Shown: piece by piece, positions 59,201 to 64,000 of the stretch
Layout: each line of letters begins with the position of its first letter
Position numbering within the stretch: the first letter of the stretch is position 1
Source of the DNA: Zygnema circumcarinatum SAG 698-1b
Lineage: Eukaryota > Plantae > Zygnematophyceae
DNA: 64,000 nucleotides
NCBI GenBank assembly: GCA_037447605.1
Contig: CM074806.1
Location: 3,844,001 to 3,908,000 of the forward strand
Direction: 5' to 3'
Notes under the pieces: generated by a model
The model's database searches: none
What the model was told of the DNA's origin: nothing
What the model saw: the letters and a program-made list of their open reading frames with translations, nothing else
Translations under genes and position numbers: made by a program

Positions 59201-59819
59201 CGAAGCAAAAAATACAAAAGTGAAGCAAGGAGAGACTGTGTTGCAACGTTCTGTATTTCCGAACATAACATCGGCATGAATCTAAATTGCTCCCAAGAAT
59301 TTGTAACAGTGTGTATGTTCATGCAAGGAAAAATCCTAACGCCGGATTACAGCAGTGCATTGGTTTACCCATACCAATGCATGCAATGAGAAGGCCACCT
59401 TATCTTGCGATAGAGAAAATGCGCTTGTCAAATTTTAAAATAGCGATTTTTTTTTTTCCATATCTTACGTTGCTTAAATCAGGTTTCCGCTTGCTCTCCC
59501 TTTCCTGACTAAATGATATCTTAGAGCCCGCATAGACCCCTCTTCTCTTTTCTCACAAAATGCTGGCCAACATACACCCCCAAATACTGTCTCTCAGTCC
59601 ATATCATGCGTCGCAATGCAGCGGAGATGCAAGCCAGCGCCGTCTATCTGCAAGCCAAGAACCAGGCCCTTTCCAAGCTCCAGATTCCAGCCAAGGGGAG
59701 AAAGTACCTTCCAATAGAATCCCACTTGACAGCTCCGCATGCACCTGCAATAAGGAAGCGAAGAGGAGGCTCCAAAGGCCGACCAAGACCGCCCGCGGGC
59801 AAGAGCTCCAGGCCGCCAT
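56250..59819 (-). CDS. UGlyAH: (S)-ureidoglycine aminohydrolase (cupin), with signal peptide
   Basis: Signal peptide MAAWSSCPRAVLVGLWSLLFASLLQVHA. Peptides DLPGFTRSVYERDHALVTAESHVYGPL, NTLGAYIITPAMGAHFVMY, IMDFQPGEYLNVK. Last exon YAALGKDRSRYFLYKDVNRDPLFHTS* stops at 56250. Confidence 0.95.
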
Positions 59820-59879
59820 GGCTGCCTGAGCGAGCTCGCAGGGACGGAGGGAGGGAGGCCAATGGAGGGGCCCTTAGCA

Positions 59880-60245
59880 AAAAAAGGCGTGACGTTACGG
59901 TAACGCGAGTGCTACACAGCGCGCCCTTGCACGTGTCAAAACGTCTCTTGATTGGCGGGAGTATCTTCACACTTGTGAAGGAACGCGACTATTTGGCGCG
60001 TGGCCATGACGCCGTGACGCCGGTTCGCACGTGCGAAAAGGAAAACTGGATTTGTGACGTTGCTCCGTTTATCCAATTACCAGTCCACACGTGTACATAT
60101 ATACACGTGTCGAGTCACCATTGGGAGCTGCTCTAGTACTGCAGCGAAAAAAGCGAGCGCTGAGATCAACGCCCTTAGAAGCACAAGTCAATCAGAGACC
60201 GCCACGTGTACAATTTGCTGATGTGGCGGGCTGTGATTGGGTCAG
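59880..60245. promoter_or_regulatory. Bidirectional promoter between UGlyAH and UAH with clustered G-boxes and TGACG motifs
   Basis: CACGTG at 59930, 60028, 60088, 60104 and 60203. TGACG near 59890, 60007, 60015 and 60055. GATTGG (reverse CCAAT) near 59950 and 60235. Confidence 0.65.
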
Positions 60246-61531
60246 CCTGGACAGCACTAATTAACCTGTTGAGGCCATTTTTCTTGGAAGCAGCTGCAAG
60301 AGAGGGAGGGGAGGGAGCTTTTAGGGGAGGAATGTATGCAGCTTTGAGCGATTGATGAAGGCTCGGCAGTAGTATTGGCTAGCCGCTATTTGAAGAATCT
60401 GTGGGCCAGATATTCGGCGTGAAAGGTGTGTGTTTCATTGTCAGTCTTGTTGTCACGAATTGGCATTTCATCTCGTTTTTTTTTTTTGTAAAGCCAGCTG
60501 TCGGACCAGAGCTCATGAATTGCTGCTTTTTTTTTTGCATTGATGTGGAACAGGTGCCTATTGATGAAAGATAATCTTGTGGCACCTCAAATTATGCATT
60601 ATGGAGAGAAGTTTGTGCACGTGATGCATATCAATCTATCATGTTTTCAAAATTTCAAGTTTTGAATCACATAAGCTTCTCGCTGCATTTCTTTCATTTT
60701 TTTCATCAAATTGCTTTCGTTCTCAGCTAGAATTCTCAGACCCTGGTTTGTAATGAAATGCTTTTCATCTTCAGGCTCCACATTGCTGTCAAAAGCACCT
60801 ATTTTCTCTTTACTTTTGTGCATCATTTAAGATACCTTTTCTACAAATTTTATCTCTCAACATCCTAGCTCTAGTTTTGGAGCACCGCAGTAGACCCAGG
60901 AGTCTATCTCCTATAGTAATTTGAGTTATTTCATGGTCTAATCTCCCAGTTTTATGCAGTCTCAGAAATGATGGTACATTCTTCGTGAACATTAAAATAA
61001 TTGTCTTGCATGTAGTTTTTTGAATAGTAGTGGAACGAATTCTTGAAAGGGCCTTCATGTGTGAGCCACTCAGATAAGATTGGAAATGTTTCAATGTTTC
61101 ATTGCATGAAGAATGCTGACAGATTTGAAGTCTGGTAAGCTCAAAGTAACTAAGTATTGAACCGTGAATGCGCATTGAGTTATACGCACCTCATGGAGTG
61201 CAAGACATGCAATAGAAATTTCCACTGTGCACTCTATTCTGGATTGTTGTTTCTCTCCCGCCCTCCCGCCCTCCCGCCCTCCCTCCTTCCTTTTCCATTC
61301 TCCCGCTCGTTTCTCCTTACTTTTTTGCGGCTCCACCTTGACTCCATAGTTTGTTTGGAAGGACAATTTTCAATAAACCTGACAATAGGTACGCAATGAT
61401 CGCACAGCATCTTCTGTCAGACATGCACCTTGCCTTGTCCCGCTCATTTAAATGGCGAGCATTCCTTATCAATATCCTGCATCCTGCGTGTGTCAGGAAT
61501 CGCAAGTTTCTGGAGGGAGCCAGCCTGCAGA

Positions 61532-63950
61532 ATGGCATCTTTCCTGCAACCCGTCGCCTTTAACCTGGGAGTCCTTGCAGTAGTACTTGGGATGCTCCTC
61601 TTTTCGTTAGGCCTCCTTAAAGAGGGCACTGAAACTCTGGATTTATCCCCTACGTCGTCCTCATCAATGAAAACAGCGGAGGAGGTTAAAGCATCGATAG
61701 GACCAACAAAGGTAGCAAACAAAGTGAAGGCACCAGAAGTGCCGTTGAAGGTAGCTGAGGGCGTAGTGCGAAAGGTACCTTTCCTGGATGTGCAGGTGGA
61801 CATTGATTTGCTTCAAGATCAGGTGCTCACGTCTAGCCCTGCTATGTACATGCATATTTTTTTTTTCCTTTGCGCAAGGGTGTTGTCTGTCTCTCGGTCT
61901 AGAGTTCTCTGCTGCAGAATTCTCATAACAAAGAAAATTGTATCTTCAAGATATTCAGGCGATTGAGGAGCCCATCAGTATTGTTTTGCAGATTGATAAG
62001 CTTGGGAAACTTTCAGACCATGAACCGCCATCAGTAACTCGTATCTTATTCACCACCACGGATTTGGCCGGACGAAGGTGCTTCAAGAGAAACACTCCAC
62101 CTGTGAAATTTACGGCAATTCATAGTCATGGCTGAAGCCATATGACTATCTATGAATGATTATGTCTATCACAATACCATGCAGACAATTCCATCCAGTT
62201 TGGGTTTCCTTTCCTTATCCTGTCATCGTGTTAGTGACCTAGAAAGTGAAATTTTTCGCAACCGGTCCTCCTGCAGGCTTTCGTCGCCATACACTCAATA
62301 ACAACTCACGTATGCCTTCCACACTTGTTTGGTGCTGTGGTAGTGATGGTGGCTGTGCTGTGCTGTCTTGAGTCTGCAGATATGTCCGTTCACTCATGAT
62401 TGGTGCAGGATTGGATGTTCATGAGGATACCATTGGAAACATTTATGGCCGTTGGTAAGTTATCCCACTGAAAACAGTGTCAATGAGAGGAGGAAGCGGT
62501 CGCTCTTTGCAAGTTACGTGATAACTGAAAAACAGCAGTAAATATCCATTTTTTTCTCAATATATGTTTTCTTCTCTTTATTCGTTGAGATGCTTTAAAC
62601 ACACTATACAGCATGGTGCCAGGGTGGGTGAAGAGCCTGCGCTGCCGCGAGTGCTGACGGGGTCACACACAGATGCTATCCCACATGCTGGGAAGTACGA
62701 TGGTGTGCTCGGGGTGCTTGGTGCAATAGAAGCCATTTCTGCCCTCAAAAGGTTAGCCTTCCCCTTACATGTTTGAGCACTGAATGCACCAGAGTGCGTT
62801 CTTCTGTGCTTAGAGCATTTCAACACACTTATTTCTGCGGTATGTTTTGTGGCATCTGGTGACCACAGGGCTGGCTTCAAACCAAAGCGCAGCATTGAGG
62901 TCGTCATGTTTACATCAGAGGAACCAACACGATTTGGCTATGGCTGCCTTGGAAGGTGGGGCGTCTAGACACATCCTGCATGCAGGTGTCATCATGTCGC
63001 AACTACCGTCCCTGAGATTTCCCTGAGACACAACAATCAAAGATTGTTGCAACAGTTGAGATGTGTGAACTTTCTCTTGCGTTTTTGCCTTCAGCCGCTC
63101 TCTCCTCCGACCTCTGTGCTTGTTTCTACTGCAAAACCGGTTGTGCAGCTGCTCGAGATAACTCTGATGAAAGGCTTTTATGCGTGTGGTTGTCCATATG
63201 GTTATTTCAGCCGCATGATGGCGAACCAGGAAGGGTTCGCTGATAAATTGAGAACAGTAAAGGACAAAAACAACATTTCATTTGTGGAGGCAGCAGCAGA
63301 AGCACACCATCCGGAAGCTATTGACAATCTGGATAGTGTCATCATACAGCCCGGCACTCTATCAGCCTTCGTGGAACTGCACATTGAACAGGGCCCACTG
63401 CTAGAAGCGGAAGGTGGGCCCCATCATCATGCTTCCTTTGTAGTGTGGTGCTTTGTTGATGTATGGCTGCCCCAACCTGCCACTCAACCTTGCACTGATT
63501 TGAGGCGATGGTGTTGTTGAGGAAGTGGGGCAGGCGTTCCCATCGGTGTTGTCACTGCAATTGCAGCACCCGCAGCTCTTATTGTAGAGATGAAAGGAGG
63601 AGGTGGGCATGCGGGTGGTGTTCTGATGGAGCAGAGGTAGCGCTGCTCCTTTTCTTTCCTTTTTAACTTCTCCGAGAATCGTGACACATGCTTCCTGATT
63701 CTTGCTGTAACAACCACCATCCTGGAACTTTTTGTTTTGTTATATTGTTGTAGGTGATGGTGGCGTTGTTTGGATGCAGATTTCATGTTTTCGCATCCCA
63801 TTGTGTCTCGGTTCCGTTCTTGCTCATTTCTGTATCCTATTTTTTTTCCGTTCCAGAAACGATGCCGGATTGGCAGCTGCTGAACTAGCACTAGCAGTTG
63901 AGAGCCATGTATTGGCTACTGGTTCACGAGATACAGTAGGGACTACAGGT
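61532..63950 (+). CDS. UAH: Ureidoglycolate amidohydrolase (M20 family); the 3' end runs beyond the window
   Basis: N-terminal hydrophobic segment. Peptides IDKLGKLSDHEPPSVTRILF, TGSHTDAIPHAGKYDGVLGVLGAIEAI, FTSEEPTRFGYGCLG, FVELHIEQGPLLE, GVVTAIAAPA, GGHAGGVLM, NDAGLAAAELALAVE, DTVGTTG. Confidence 0.95.
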
Positions 63951-64000
63951 GAGAAGCATTGTGCAAGAGCAAGGCGTATTTGAGGACCTCTTTCATATAC

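Noticed and set aside
61532-63950. Allantoate amidohydrolase or beta-ureidopropionase
   Set aside because: FTSEEPTRFG, VVTAIAAPA and NDAGLAAAELALAVE follow plant UAH colinearly.

Overview
This is intron-rich eukaryotic nuclear DNA (GT-AG introns mostly about 80-500 nt, GCCATGG-type starts). It comes from a green plant of the streptophyte lineage, and the protein similarities suggest a streptophyte alga or bryophyte-grade plant, but I cannot fix the species. I count about 14 protein-coding genes. In order they are: CTP synthase (3' part, +), ORANGE chaperone (+), a Tsip1-like DnaJ zinc-finger protein (-), an uncharacterised plastid-type protein (-), propionyl-CoA carboxylase beta (-), a UDP-galactose/GONST5-type transporter (-), a MATH-coiled-coil protein (+), VTE6 (-), a RibBA protein with a degenerate GTP cyclohydrolase II half (-), importin-4 (+), a conserved plastid helical protein (-), an orphan small secreted-protein candidate (+), ureidoglycine aminohydrolase (-) and ureidoglycolate amidohydrolase (5' part, +). 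The top observation is that UGlyAH and UAH, the two consecutive final enzymes of purine-ring catabolism, sit head-to-head around one G-box/TGACG-rich promoter, like a eukaryotic mini gene cluster. Other notable points are a roughly 930-bp foldback element, a uORF plus (TTAGGG)n tract in a transporter leader, a 24-bp long-range inverted repeat in the ribBA transcript, CCGTAC (SBP-type) site clusters, and PCCB in a streptophyte. Gene identities come from my recall of protein families, not database searches. Exon boundaries were traced by eye.
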